A stretch of DNA of 64,000 bases, taken from Malacoraja senta (Eukaryota). The position numbers were made by a program, and so were the translations under genes. The notes below the pieces were generated by a model. It was not told where the DNA came from and searched no databases. It was given only the letters and a program-made list of their open reading frames with translations. This document shows, piece by piece, positions 1 through 12,356 of this stretch. Position 1 is the first letter of the stretch. The number at the start of each line of letters is the position of its first letter. The stretch lies in assembly GCA_038087875.1 (NCBI GenBank), contig JAXLNO010000471.1, positions 1-64,000 of the forward strand, read 5' to 3'.

Positions 1-165
1 ACCCATCTCTTCACCTCTGCATACCCTTAGTCCCATGTCCCCCTCCCCTTTGCATCTCTGTCTTACTGCTCTATTATGTTTTGTTTTTGACTCTCCATGT
101 AAAGCGACTTTGAGTCCTTGAAAAGCGCTATATAAATAAAATGTATTATTATTATTATTATTATT
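1..165 (+). mobile_element. 3' end of an L2-type LINE (or L2-tailed SINE)
   Basis: tgtaaagcgactttgagtccttgaaaagcgctatataaataaaatg(tat)n is the typical fish L2 3' stem-loop and tail. Confidence 0.65.
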
Positions 166-437
166 AGAGTTGCTGCCTTACAGCGCCACAGACCCGGGTT
201 CAATCCGGACTACGGGTGCTGTATGTATGTAGTTTGTACGTTCTCCCCATGACCATGAGGGATTTCTCCGGGTACTCCGGTTTCCTCCCACACTAAGTTA
301 ATTTGGCCCCAGTAAAAATTGTAAATTGTCCCTAGTGTGTAAGATAGTGCAAGTGTATGGGGATCGCTGGTCGTCATGGACTCGGTGGGCCAAAGGGCCT
401 GATTCTGCGCTGTATTTCTAAACTCAACCAAACTAAA
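166..437 (+). mobile_element. HE1-like tRNA-derived SINE (5' truncated)
   Basis: B-box-like gggttcaatcc, central gagtttgtacgttctcccc..ccggtttcctcccaca core, CR1-derived tail gggccaaagggcctg..ctgtat. Confidence 0.8.
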
Positions 438-472
438 TCCATCCCATGACATTAAATTACAAAGAACTTTAC

Positions 473-640
473 CTCCTGAATTGATAGCGTCCACTGCCAG
501 CAGAAAAAAATAAGAACAACGTTCTGCTGGTTGTTGGGGTCTGCTTCGGTTTTTGATTGCTTCTCAGCAGACCTTTCTGCAGGCAACAAAGCTTCAAGCT
601 ACTGATCACAATATACCCATCACGATGGCCTTTTGACACC
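473..640 (-). CDS. Candidate additional symmetric (phase 2-2) exon of TBC1D22B
   Basis: Open frame ..QKGLLRSNQKPKQTPTTSRTLFLFFSAGSGRYQFR ending at a phase-2 donor AG|GTAAAG (472/473). Phase-2 acceptors are possible at 640 (tccttttgcctttggcagcacag|) or at 601/598 (CAG|TAG|). The LFLFFS..G..YQ motif resembles a segment I recall from fish tbc1d22b isoforms (unverified). Acceptor position uncertain. Confidence 0.5.
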
Positions 641-1059
641 CTGTGCTGCCAAAGGCAAAAGGACATGAATATGTGTAGGTCCCTCAACCACATGTCAGCT
701 TTACCATTCAATAAGATCATAGCTAACCTTCTACCTCAGCTCCACATTCCTTTGCCAATCCATTTCCTCCATTTCCAAAAAAAAAATCTGACATTTCTCG
801 CTGAGCCTGCACAGCCGTTGGATACAGAATTCCAAAGATTCTTCTCTCAGCCTTGAACGGTCGGCTATCCTGTCAAACCCCAAAAGAATTGTACGTTTCA
901 ATGAGGACTCCTCTCAGTCCGTTTAATTTTCAAGAGCCAGTCTACTGAATTTCTCCTCAGAACCCAACCTTACCCCAACCCCATTTAGGAATCAAGAGAC
1001 CAACTGATTTTAAGTATTTTAGATGATAAACAGAAGAATATTTTTAAAAAGTTGAGAAT

Positions 1060-1262
1060 GTTCATAAGTTATAGAAGCAGAATTGGGCCATTCGGCTCAT
1101 CAAGTCTACTCCAACCCATTCAATCATGGCTGATCTATCTTTCCTTCTCAACCCCATTCTCCTGCCTTCACCCCATAAACCCTGACACCCATACTAATCA
1201 AGAATCTGTCGATCTCCGACTTTAAAATATCCATTAACGGCCTCCATAGCCGTCTGTGGCAG
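1060..1262 (-). mobile_element. CR1/HER1 LINE 3' fragment
   Basis: Homologous to the 3' end of the long CR1 copy at 14.25 kb (ggccattcggc..catggctgatct..cctgccttc.ccccata). Confidence 0.7.
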
Positions 1263-1471
1263 AATAAATTAAAACTACACCTATTTAAAAATAATTTGAT
1301 TAACATAAATGATTTTAGTTAAAAGCAATGTTTTCATTAAAGAACACTAGAAATAAGTTTCACTTATCATTTCGATCCAAGTTAGCCAACCCAAGGACAA
1401 CATAAGCTACAGGAAGTGATACAAGGTGTAGCTGGTCTCCCATCTCACAACGACCAAGTTCCACTCTACGG

Positions 1472-1897
1472 TACACAAAAATGCTGGAGAAACTCAGCGG
1501 GTGAGGCAGCATCTATGGAGCGAAGGAATAGGTGACGTTTCGGGTCGAGGCCCTTCTTCAGACTGATGTGGAGGTGGGGGGGGGGGCAGGAAGAAGAAAG
1601 GAAGAGGCGGAGACAGTAGGCTGTGGGAGAGCTGGGAAGGGGAGGGGAAGGAGAGAGAAAGCAAGAACTACCTGAAATTGGAGGTCAATGTTCATACCGC
1701 TGGGGTGTAACCTGCCCAAGCCAAAATATGAGGTGCTGCTCCTCCAATTTGCAGTGGGACTCACTCTGGCCATGGAGGAGGCCCAGGACAGAAAGGTCGG
1801 ATTCGGAATGGGAGGGGGAGTTGAAGTCCTGGGCCACCGGGAGATCAGGTTGGTTAGTGCGAACCGAGCGGAGGTGTTGGGCGAAGTGATCGCCAAG
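1472..1897 (-). mobile_element. Penelope-like element 3' portion (endonuclease C-terminus plus hammerhead-like motif)
   Basis: Minus translation ..NQPDLPVAQDFNSPSHS..VLGLLHGQSESHCKLEEQHLIFWLG..HPSGMNID resembles a PLE GIY-YIG C-terminus. It is followed by CTGAAGAAGGGCCTCGACCCGAAACGTC. Confidence 0.75.
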
Positions 1898-2811
1898 CAA
1901 GTCCCACTCTACACTCAACATTGAGTTCAGTAGTGGAGCAAGAGGACAGGTATGACCTACAATGTAGTCCATTCTTCTAAGCTGCAGGCGCAAATGAGGA
2001 ATGTCTGACCCAGGCAATGTTATTGGCTTGTGGGTGGTTCTGATCTGAACCATCAGATAAAAAGGAGAATGACCTGAGCTAATATATAACTGAAAACAGA
2101 AAGTTCTTAAAACCACATACAGAAAGTACAGATCAGGGATTTCAAAGCAATGTAAAAATATAATTGTACAAACTATTTAAAAGGAATCATGTCTTTTTCA
2201 GTGTAGCAGGCATAAACTATGTTGCAGTGACACCAAGTCTAGGATCTCAGTACGGAAAATGTTTCAATCTCCAGCACTGAGATCTGTAACTGAGTATAAA
2301 GTGTAGCACTAATTGTGTACAAGATATTTCTAGTAATGAAACAAATCATATTGTCAAGGAAAAATACTACAGGTAATAAAGAATTAAAAACTTAAACACG
2401 CTGGAACTTCTACAGCTGTGAGGCAGTATCCGGGAGAGAGACAAAGTTAAGTATTTAACATTAGACAAAAACGAGTCATACAACCAGACTTAAAATAACC
2501 ATTCAGAGTTGGCAATGGAAAGATGGGAATACTTCAAACAAAGTATTTTTATAGATGTAAAGCAGGAAAGATTAAATGTCCAGTGTTATCAATTCAATTA
2601 TAGTATCCAAAGAGATCTTGCAAGAAATAATCCCACTTGACCCACCTTTGCAGTATCAATTATTGCATTTATTTTCAGTTCAGTTGGTTTACCATAATAT
2701 AAAATAGCTTATGAGATGTGAGCAGATCCAACTTCAGAAAAAGAAACACTATAAAATCTTCTGCAATTTTTACATGATGAAGACAGGAATATTCATGACC
2801 TCTCTCATGAA

Positions 2812-3066
2812 CAGTAGCACAGCGGTAGAGTTGCTGCCTTACTGCTGCAGAGACCTGGGATTGATTCTCCCTGTGACCACGTAGGATATCTCTGGGTGCT
2901 CCAGTTCCCTCCCACATCCAAAGACTTGCAGATCTGTAAGTTAGTTGGCTTCTGTAAATTGTCCATAGTGTGTAGGATAGAACTAGTATTATGGTGATCA
3001 TTGGTTGGCATGGACTCAGTGGGTCAAAGGTCCTGCTTCCACGTTGCATTTTTTAACTAATCTAAA
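2812..3066 (+). mobile_element. HE1-like SINE (internally deleted)
   Basis: A-box-like gcacagcggtagag, central core and CR1-type tail as in the other copies. Confidence 0.75.
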
Positions 3067-3169
3067 CACCATGGTGTTCTATCTTCCTACTCAAAGTCCT
3101 GCAGATGACCATCCAAAAGTTACCAGCCCATGGAGACAGTCAAGTACTTTATATGTTGTAACCTTTCCC

Positions 3170-3720
3170 TGAAAATGACCATTAATGGACTGTTCCGCAT
3201 AAGATTCAATACCTGTGGAACTTGCTTTTACATTATTACGTCGAGAATTACTTCAAGATCCAAGTATACGGTGATTGTCCCCAACCTTCTTTGTGGAAGT
3301 AAAACATGGGCAATTTACCAACATCACCCAAAAACTTTAGAGAGGCATCACTGCTATGCCTCTGGAAATGTTTCCACACCACAACAATTGTCATCTGTAT
3401 TCTTATCAAAGCTAACATCAACTGCATCGAGCCAGGCCGCATTAATTCCACTACACTGACGCTCGATACTTGACCTCTAAGGTGTTGTATATTCACGTCC
3501 AAGCTAGAACATAAAAGAAATGCTATAAAAACGCAATGGAGGCACACTTCAAGAAAATTGATTGGACCATCCAAAGCTGTGAAAAGCAACTCAACAACAA
3601 CCACAATCAACCAAGAGCCCTATTTGGAAAAGCCTTCAAAACCAACAAATCCAGGAAGGTACAGGAAGGAAGCCCTGGCCACCAGAAGACACCCATCCCA
3701 TTTAGAAACATATTAATTTC
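3170..3720 (+). mobile_element. Decayed RTE-clade LINE fragment
   Basis: Translation ..VIVPNLLCGSKTWAIYQHHPKTLERHH.. resembles the RTE C-terminal motif (IVLPTLLYGSETW). Frameshifted. Confidence 0.55.
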
Positions 3721-4324
3721 CAATTACTGAATTACTAAATTGTAGTGGAGATTATCTCCAAACCAAAAGATTACTACCAATGACAAGAACTGTTGAGTGC
3801 TTTCAGGAAAAATGATGAACCAAAACTGACCAAAATTATGATCTCCAGATATCATGAGGAATCCAGCATCAATGCTGAACTTTCAAAGACTGCATAAACT
3901 AAAAAGAAATCCTGTAGTAGGAATGGAGGTGCAAGGAAGGACACATCCTGCAGTTTTAATGACAATTTCATTATAGGCACTATGCAACGATGATTCCCCT
4001 AAAAAGATTTTCACAACAAGAAATTCCAATTAATTGCAGTCAAATTTCCAAAGAATGTATTTGTTTCATTGCTGGTACATATGACAATTAAACACTATGA
4101 GAATAAGCAATGATAAACTAATTAATTACCGGGGTAGGTTATTTTTGCTGTTTTCTCCCATGACTATATGACAAAACAAAATCCTAATAATCTGGCTGAT
4201 GACTAATTACTGTACATCAATAACTTGGCAAAATTATGGTCACATTCACACAAGAAAGGTCATCATACAGAAAACAATATTTCACGTAACCACATAAGAA
4301 CAATGAAAGATGCTGCAAACCTAC

Positions 4325-4382
4325 TTTTTGTGTGGCCGGGAATCAAATGGAGGATGCTGTGCTCCATAAACTTGTGTGAATA
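4325..4382 (-). CDS. TBC1D22B: TBC1D22B coding exon 2 (58 nt; apparent 1-nt excess near its 5' end)
   Basis: Pyrimidine tract and acceptor (tctttctcttttgttttgtttccttag|), donor aa|gtaggt. Encodes QVYGAQHPPFDSRPHK plus 2 nt, compared with recalled human 22B IQPVYGAQHPPLDPRLTKN, which also ends in phase 2. Confidence 0.85.
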
Positions 4383-4959
4383 CTAAGGAAACAAAACAAA
4401 AGAGAAAGACATGCCATATAAGTGTAAAAAATGAATTAAGCAAGCATCATTTACACTTCATATTGCAAATCCAGAGAGGAAAATAATCCAATTCATACCA
4501 TTAATGAATTGCATATAAGCTTTAGAGCCAAGGTCTTCCCAAATGAAGGGATGTATTGCAAAGAAAAAGTTATAAAGTAGCAGAAGAAATAGTATTTCCC
4601 TACCCAATGCAATAACATTTGTTTCAGAAAGTGCAGGCAGATTATGGTTGCAAATAAACAGGAAAATGAAAGTAACTGGAGAGAAGTGATAAAACAAAGT
4701 TATGTATAATTATACCTTTGAAATACACTGCTCAAAGCATGATTTGAGTTGATTACATTCTCCCTTCTCGCACTGGCCAACGTTAAAATTACAAACCCTT
4801 TTCACAAACCAGCAGCAATCTTTATTTATTTTCATGACATTCCCATTTAATATCAAGTGGAGTCAAGTAAGACATTAAATAGGAGTGATTTACAAATGTG
4901 GCAGAAAATTGCAATGCTCTATCACTGGAAAACTAAGTAATAAGGAATTTGGAATATGT

Positions 4960-5170
4960 TTAATTTAGTTTAGTTTAGAGATGCAGTATGGAAATGTGCT
5001 CTTTGGTCCACCGAGTTCATGCCGAACATCGATCACCCGTTCACACTAGTTCTACATTATCCCACTTCCACACCCACTCCCTGCACATTAGGGACAATTT
5101 ACAGAGGCCAATTAACCTTCAAACCTGCACATCTTTAGGATGTGTGGGGAAACCAGAGCACCCGGAAAAG
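4960..5170 (-). mobile_element. HE1-like SINE 3' half
   Basis: Reverse complement of the SINE core and tail, with a (ctaaa)n end. Confidence 0.7.
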
Positions 5171-5292
5171 GCTTTGCCCATTACATTATTGTGTGACTTT
5201 GACTTCATAGAATGTAATTTTTTTAAGTTGAGAATAAGATTGAAAAAAAATCGAAAGCATTCATGGGAAAGGCAGCAGAGTCCATTATTAGA

Positions 5293-5680
5293 AGAAAATG
5301 CTGGAATAACTCAGCGGGTCAGGCAGCATCTCTGGAGAAAAGGAATAGGTGACGTTTTGTGTCGAGCCCTTCTTCAGACTGAAGAAGTCTGACGTAGAGT
5401 CTTGATGCGAAACGTCACCTATTCCTTTTCTCCTGAGATGCTGCTTGACCCACTGAGTTACTCAACATATTTTGTGTCTATTTTTAGTCACAAGACTAAA
5501 GATAGACAGACATAGAAACCAGCTTCTGCAGACACACAGAGCTTATTATTATATGTAGGAAAGAACTGCAGATGCTGGTTTAAATCGAAGGTAGACACAA
5601 AGTGCTGGAGTAGCTCAGCTGGGACAGGCAGCATCTCTGGAGAGAAGGAATGGGTGATGTCAAGACTCATCTTCAGACTC
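5293..5680. mobile_element. Penelope-derived terminal repeats, including a foldback pair (5293-5482)
   Basis: aaaatgctggaataactcagcgggtcaggcagcatctctggagaaaaggaataggtgacgttt is followed by its near reverse complement. A second copy lies at 5555-5680. Confidence 0.7.
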
Positions 5681-6159
5681 ATTATTATGTTTACAGGCAC
5701 TTTAAAGAGATTCTTGAAGGCTTGTCGCTATGTTAGTCCTGCAAGGACTATCACGCAGCGCAAAGGTGAAGCAATATCTTTGCTCAGGTCACATCGCTTG
5801 CATTGAAATATTGCACTTGACTTGATGTTTTTCTTGCCGTTTTTGTTGTTTCCATTGTCGTTATTATTTATCTGTTACGTTGGAGCTCCGCTCAGGCAGT
5901 GCAACTGAAATTTCGTTGTATGTATTTACAATGACAATAAAGTGTATTATTATTATTATGTATATCAACCAGAAACTGGTTTCCATGGCACCACACCCAA
6001 AGCTCCAGATATCTATTAGTCAAGGAATGCCCCACAAAATGGAAAATCCTAAAAGAAAAAACACAGCTCACATCTTGACAAAGGTAGGGAACTGAATCAA
6101 TTATTTAAGCCAAATAGAAGGCATAGTAGAACTTCACAAAAATAAAATTTTAAGTGCAT

Positions 6160-6470
6160 GAATGGAGAGAATGGAGCAGCTGGGCTTGTACACTCTGGAG
6201 TTTAGAAGGATGAGAGGGTATCTCATTGAAACATATAAGATTGTTAAGGGCTTGGACACGCTAGAGGCAGGAAACATGTTCCCGATGTTGGGGGAGTTCA
6301 GAACCAGGGGCCACAGTTTAAGAATAGGGCTCTTAAAAATAGCGGAGTCAGGGGATATGGGGAGAAGGCAGGAACAGGGTACTAATTGGGGATGATCAGC
6401 CATGATCACATTGAATGGTGGTGCTGGCTCGAAGGGCCAAATGGCCTACTCCTGCACCTATTGTCTATTG
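6160..6470 (+). mobile_element. CR1/HER1 LINE 3' fragment
   Basis: ERMEQLGLYTLEFRRMRGYLIETYKIVKGLD..MFPMLGEFRTRGHSLRI plus the CR1 3'UTR. Confidence 0.85.
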
Positions 6471-6944
6471 AAATGAAGGATAAATAGAGTATGGGATTTC
6501 TATCACATGCCAATACTTGATTTGAATAATCTATGGTCATATTTGGTTTACAAATCACTGAAGCAATGCTTGTATAGCATTGAAAAACTCTAGAATTACA
6601 ATAAACTCAATGAGTTCCAAATCACAGCGGCATTTGATGATCAGTGTTAACCAACTTCACTCAAAATACTATTTGGCTGCAGACGGCAATTCAATTTTCT
6701 TTACTGGAGGAAAGAAACCATTTACATAAAATAAGCAAAAATTCTCATTCTGGGTTAGTATATGATAAATTAACCGCTCATTCCCACATTTCCCAATTTA
6801 TAGAGCTGTCAAAATATTAGTGATTATGAAAATGATAAATGATTTTAAATAATTAAAAAATAACAAGCACATGCCTACCAATAACAAGTCCACCAATTAA
6901 TTTAATGGCCACTGTCAACATTAAGTAAACCCAACCATTGTCAA

Positions 6945-7445
6945 ACTTAATCTTCACGTGGGCACCTTACAACCCAGCGGTATGAACGTTGATTTCTCCA
7001 ATTTCAAATAACCCCTTCATTCCCTCTCTCTTTGCCCCAAATCCCCCCCCCCCCCAGATGTCCTACTAGTTCTACTGCTCCCATCCTTGTATCTCTGATA
7101 TCACTTCTTCCACAGTCAACAATGGGCCATGTGTCGGAAGGAACTGCAGATGCTGGTTTAAATCAAAGGTAGACACAAAATGCTGGAGTAACTCAGTGGG
7201 TCAGGCAGCATCTCTGGAGAGAAGGCATGTGTGACGTTTCAGACTCTGAAGAAGGGTCGAGACCCGAAACGTCACCCAACAATGGCCCATTATGGGCTCC
7301 ACCCTTCCTTGATCAACTGTTGCAGCCCGATTTGTTCTGCCCTTTTACTACCTTCAGTTCCCTCCCCTCTACTTTCAGTCTGAAGAAGGGTTCCCAATCC
7401 AAAATGTCATCCATCCTTTTTCATCAAAGATGCTGCCTTCGATCT
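6945..7445. mobile_element. Nested Penelope-derived fragments
   Basis: Plus-strand ..GTLQPSGMNVDFSNFK C-terminus, interrupted by an oppositely oriented terminal piece flanked by aacaatgg(g/c)ccat repeats. Hammerhead-like core at 7246-7273. Confidence 0.65.
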
Positions 7446-7819
7446 TGACATAGACTGTACATTTATGAAATCTGCAGAACAATACTAAGCAATGATATAA
7501 TTCCACTAATGTAGAATACAAGTAGAGACCATTGAGAAAGATAAACTAGATCCCAGACCTAATTACAGCGTAATTCCATTTTGCATCTATTTCTTTGAGT
7601 CAATAGCTTGATGTGACAGCTCTTGATGGCCCTAGTTTGTCAAACTCCTGCTTAGAAAAAGTATAATCTAATAAAACATAAAATAACATACTGTAATTAA
7701 AGTACAGGATAATTCCTCAGTATTTTAGTAACTACAAAAGGCTTATTCTACTCAGCCAAATTAATGGATTAAAAATATATAAAAGCAACAATTTACTCAC
7801 AAATATTGTTGCATGGAGA

Positions 7820-8746
7820 CATACATCATGGAAACAGGCCCTTCGACCCATCTAGCCCATGCCGACCAAGGTGCCCCTTCTACACTTGTTTCACTTCCCC
7901 GTGTTTAGCCCATATCCCTCTAAACCTGTCCTATCCACATACTTGTCCAAATAACCCCTTTAAACCTTAAGGGATTGTACAGGCTAGATGGAGGAAATAT
8001 GTTCCCGATGTTGGGGCAGTCCAGAACCAGGGGTCACAGTTTAAGAATAAGGAGTAAGCTATTTAGGACTGAGATGAGGAAAAACCTTTTCACCCAGAGA
8101 GTTATGAATCTGTGGAATTTTCAGCCACCGAAGGCAGTGGAGGTCAATTCACTGGACGTTTTCAAGATAGATATTGCTCTTTAGGCTAACGGAATCAAAA
8201 GATATGGGGAGAAAGCAGGAACGGGGTACTAAGTTAGGATGATCAGCCATGATCATATTGAATGGCGGTCGGTGCTGGCTCGAAGATCCGAATGGCCTAC
8301 TCCTGCACCTATTGTCCATGTTTCTATGTTTCCTATCCATGTACCTTTTAAATGTTTTTATAACACCTGCTTCAACTTCATGCTCTAGGAAGCTTGTTAC
8401 ACACACACACCATCCACTGTGTGAAAAAGTTACCTCTCATGTTCCTATTAAATCTTTCCTCTCTCACCTTAAGCCTCTTTCCTCTGCTTCTTGATTCCCC
8501 TACTCTGGGTAAAAAAAACTGTGCACTCACACTATGCATCCCCCTAATGATCTTATACACCTCTATATCAGCATCCTGTGCTCCAAGGAGTAAAGTCCTA
8601 GCCTGTCGAACCTCTCCCTATAGCATAGGCCCTCAAGTCCTGGCAATATCCTCGTAAACCTTCTCTGCACTCTTTCCAGCTTAATGACATCCTTCCTATA
8701 GCAGGGCGACCGAAACTGAACACAATACTCCAAATGTGGCCTCATG
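7820..8746. mobile_element. Nested CR1 3' fragments (minus copy interrupted by a plus copy at ~7960-8330)
   Basis: Minus: RPHLEYCVQFRSPCYRKDVIKLERVQRRFTR. Plus: RLDGGNMFPMLGQSRTRGHSLRIR.. with a (ctatgttt) tail. Confidence 0.8.
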
Positions 8747-10593
8747 TTGAATGTATATTAGTTGCATTGAAGTCCACCATAATTAAAGCACAGTGGGACA
8801 GCATAGAAACCGACTCCTCAACCCACCTTGTCCATTAAGCACATAACCCTCCCCACATTTTCAGCAAATCTTTCCACCCACCCCACGTTTTCCACCATTC
8901 ACAAGGGACAACTAATCCGCATGATTTAGGATTAGGAGGAAACTGGAGCAGTTGGAAGAAAACCCCATGACTCGGATGATGGCAATCCTTAATGATAGAT
9001 GTTGCCTTCCTAAAGCATTGTTTCATGTAGATGCTTTCAATGGTGGGAAAGACTGTGCCCGGGGTGGACTGGGCTGAATCCAGCAGTCTCTGCAAATTTC
9101 TGTGCATTGGAATTGTCATACCAGGCCATGATGTAACTAGTCAGGACATGCTGATCAAGAGAATGTCCAAACCTTAAATTGTATCCAAAATCATGTGACT
9201 TCATACTGCCTATATTACAACTCAATTTATATTGAAGAAAATACTCAGCCACATGCTGGGAATCACGATGATTACATAAAGTGCAGCCAAAGGGAACACA
9301 AGCATAAGCTGGAAACTTTGCAAAAACTAAGCAGGTCAAACAATGTTGATAGGACGAGAAAGAGAGTCAATGTTTCAGGTCAAGGACTTTAAGATTTCAG
9401 GAAAAATGAAAATATAAGCCTGTTCTAAGTTTCAGAGAAAGGTCAGAGTGCAGGGAACAAAGGAAAGTGTGGTTGAGGGCAAACCAAAGTTCTCAAAGCT
9501 TTGTTTTTAAAATCTGCAATTACAAGGTAGAGAAGAATATTGAAACAGAATGCTAAACAAAAAGTTAATTTCATGAATCTCAACATGATTCAATATCAAA
9601 TCTCAAGGCCTGTAATTACTCAGAGGACAATATATAATTCCCTGAGTTTAAATGATACATTGTTTGAGCAATGTTTAAGAAGGAACTGCAGATGCTGGAA
9701 AATCAAAGGTAGACAAAAATGCTGGAGAAACTCAGCGGGTGAGGCAGCATCTATGGAGCAAAGGAAATTGTTTGAGCAATGTAGGAGGCCAAACAAACAG
9801 GTGAGAGTGAGATTGTGATGGAGAATGAAATTGACGAGATACCAAAAGCTCAGTTGCCTTCTCAGATTCAGAGGTGTTTTGCAAAGTAATCACTAGAGCC
9901 AGGATGTTTAGGCACTAAAAAACTCTGAAATAGGCAGGCAAAAAGGCATAATAGAATTATAAAAAAGGCATGAAACATGCATTTATGACCAAAAAATGCA
10001 TGAAACAGGCATTTAGGACAAAAAAAATACATAAAAAGGAATTTATTTTCACCACCAAAATATGGTTAAAAATAATATAAAGGTATACTACATTAAATGA
10101 CCAAAGTTGCCTGGTTGCACATAATTACTAGCATTTTTTTCAAATTATCTGGTGTTAAACTATGCCGTCTGTCAGACAGAATGTGCTTCAGTTGTGAAAA
10201 ACTTCTTTCCACCCCAGCTGAGGTCACTGGTGCATACCTGAAACAAGCTACAGACTCTATATTCATGTTGATATCTTGTGCATTACAACTACCTTTGAGA
10301 ACTTTAACTATGTTTTGTATTTCTTCAAGATCTTTGTTAGCTAAAATCACTCTCTCACATTTTCATTGTATGTCTTTACCTATATCGCTAGGAGCTTTAC
10401 GAATATCGTCAGTTACTTTGTTGAAAACCTGAAAGTTATTCACTAATGTTTCACCACGTTTCTTAAGGGAAGTGATAGCTTGTGGGAGATTTGCAAAATT
10501 GGAAGCAATAAACACAAGATCGCGTTGGAGGGACTTTTTCTGCATGATTTCACTGACGATCCTGATTGCAGTAGATTCTTCTTCAAAACAGTT

Positions 10594-11571
10594 TTTTTTT
10601 GTTTTAAAAAAAAATTTATTAGAAGTACAGTAATGTGGCACCGAGGTGCCTAATATATATTGACATTACATTTTATGTACAGCTTCATTTTTTTTTTAAA
10701 TAATAAAAGATAGAAAGAGAGAATAGATAATAAAAAATAGAAAAACGTGTGATGTATGGTGTGTGAAAAGGAAAAGGGGGCAGAGGGAAAATGAAATAAA
10801 AAATAGAAAAACGTGTGACGTATGGTGTGTGAAAAGGAAAAGGGGGGAAAGAGGGAAAATGAAATAAAAAATAGAAAAACATGTGACGTATGGTGTGTGA
10901 AAAGGAAAAGGGGGGAAAGAGGGAAAATGAAAAAAAAGGAGAGAAAGAGAGAGTAGAAAGTAGGAGATTATAGGAGATAGTTATTTATATTCTTGACCAT
11001 CCTTCACCCAGTCCTGAAACAGTTGGTTTCTACGATTTTGTTGCACCATATGCTTCCAAGAAGTCGATAAATGGAGACCAACTTGTTAAGAATTGGCCTG
11101 GTTTATCTGTTAGGAGGAATCGCATTTCTTCAAGATGTGCGGTGTCCAACATGTTTGAAATCCACATTTTAAGCGTTGGTATGGGTGTATTTTTCCAAAA
11201 TTTAAGTATACGTTTTTTTGCCGTTATTAACCCATAATTAAAAAATGAATTTTGAAACGTGTTCAATTTGTTCCCATCTTCCGTTACTCCAAGTATAATC
11301 ATTTCAGTGTTAGGCTCCATTTTCATCTTGAATAATTTTGTAAATATTTCAAAGATATCGCTCCAGAATTTATAAAGTTTTATGCAGGAAACAAGAGTGT
11401 GTTATAGTGGCATTTTGAGATAAACATTTATCACAAATGGGAGAAGTATTTGGATAGAATTTATTCAGTCTAGGTTTTGAATAATATAATCTATGTAAAA
11501 TTTTACATTGAATTAAGTTATGTCTTACATTAATCGAACATTTGTGTATATATATATCAAATACTTTTCCC
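10594..11571 (-). mobile_element. 5'-truncated L1-clade LINE inserted in the hAT element
   Basis: ORF2 C-terminus (..CDKC..HSC..ITAKKRILKFWK..PTLKMW), poly(A) tail, 10-bp TSD CAAAACAGTT at 10584-10593 and 11572-11581. Confidence 0.85.
10728..10935 (+). repeat. ~69-bp tandem repeat x3 in the L1 3'UTR
   Basis: aaataaaaaatagaaaaacgtgtgacgtatggtgtgtgaaaaggaaaaggggg(a)aagagggaaaatg repeated three times. Confidence 0.85.
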
Positions 11572-12356
11572 CAAAACAGTTGATGATTTATTTTATCTTT
11601 TCAAAATTTGCAGCATAGTGGAGCACAGCATAGTAGAGAGCCATGTACCCCACCTAGTCAAAACAGGCTGAGCAGGTAGTGGAATCTCGGGTGCCATTTC
11701 CTTGAACAACTACACACGTGACAGTGCTTTGAGGATTTTTTTGACATTGGAAACTAAGCGATCGACATTTGGAAACAAGCCATGTATGTGCTTGGCAATT
11801 TTATGAAGTCCTTGAGTTAAGCATGTCAAATGCAACATTTTGGGGAATAAAACTTTAAGAGCACGAGCAGCTTTTTTCATGTACGGAACTTCATCAGTCA
11901 CAAACAGAAGAACATTCTCGTGTTTTATACCTTCTGGCCAAAGTATAGCAAGTAAAGATGAAAACAACTGAGCAATAGTTGAGCTGTTTGACTTCTCCAA
12001 TACTTCCGATGTCAACAAATACTCCTTTGATGGTTGACCTGCCTCCACTATACCGATGACCACATATCTCCCCACAGCATCGGTTGTCTCGTCTATTGAG
12101 ATCCATATTTTGTTACATGCAACTTCATCTCTAATTTTCTGCTCAACAATGTTGAAGTTGCTGTCAACATAATTTTTTCGTAATGATGACTCGTTCGGTA
12201 TATGTTCCGCTTTGTATTTCTCTAAAAAACCTCTGAGAGATTTGTTTTCCAATTTCCACAATGGCATTCCAGCATCAATGAATGCCTTGCACAGATCACT
12301 TGAAAACTCAGATTTGCGACTGGAGCCAGCAGTAAATGTAGTGAGGAGACAAGCTT

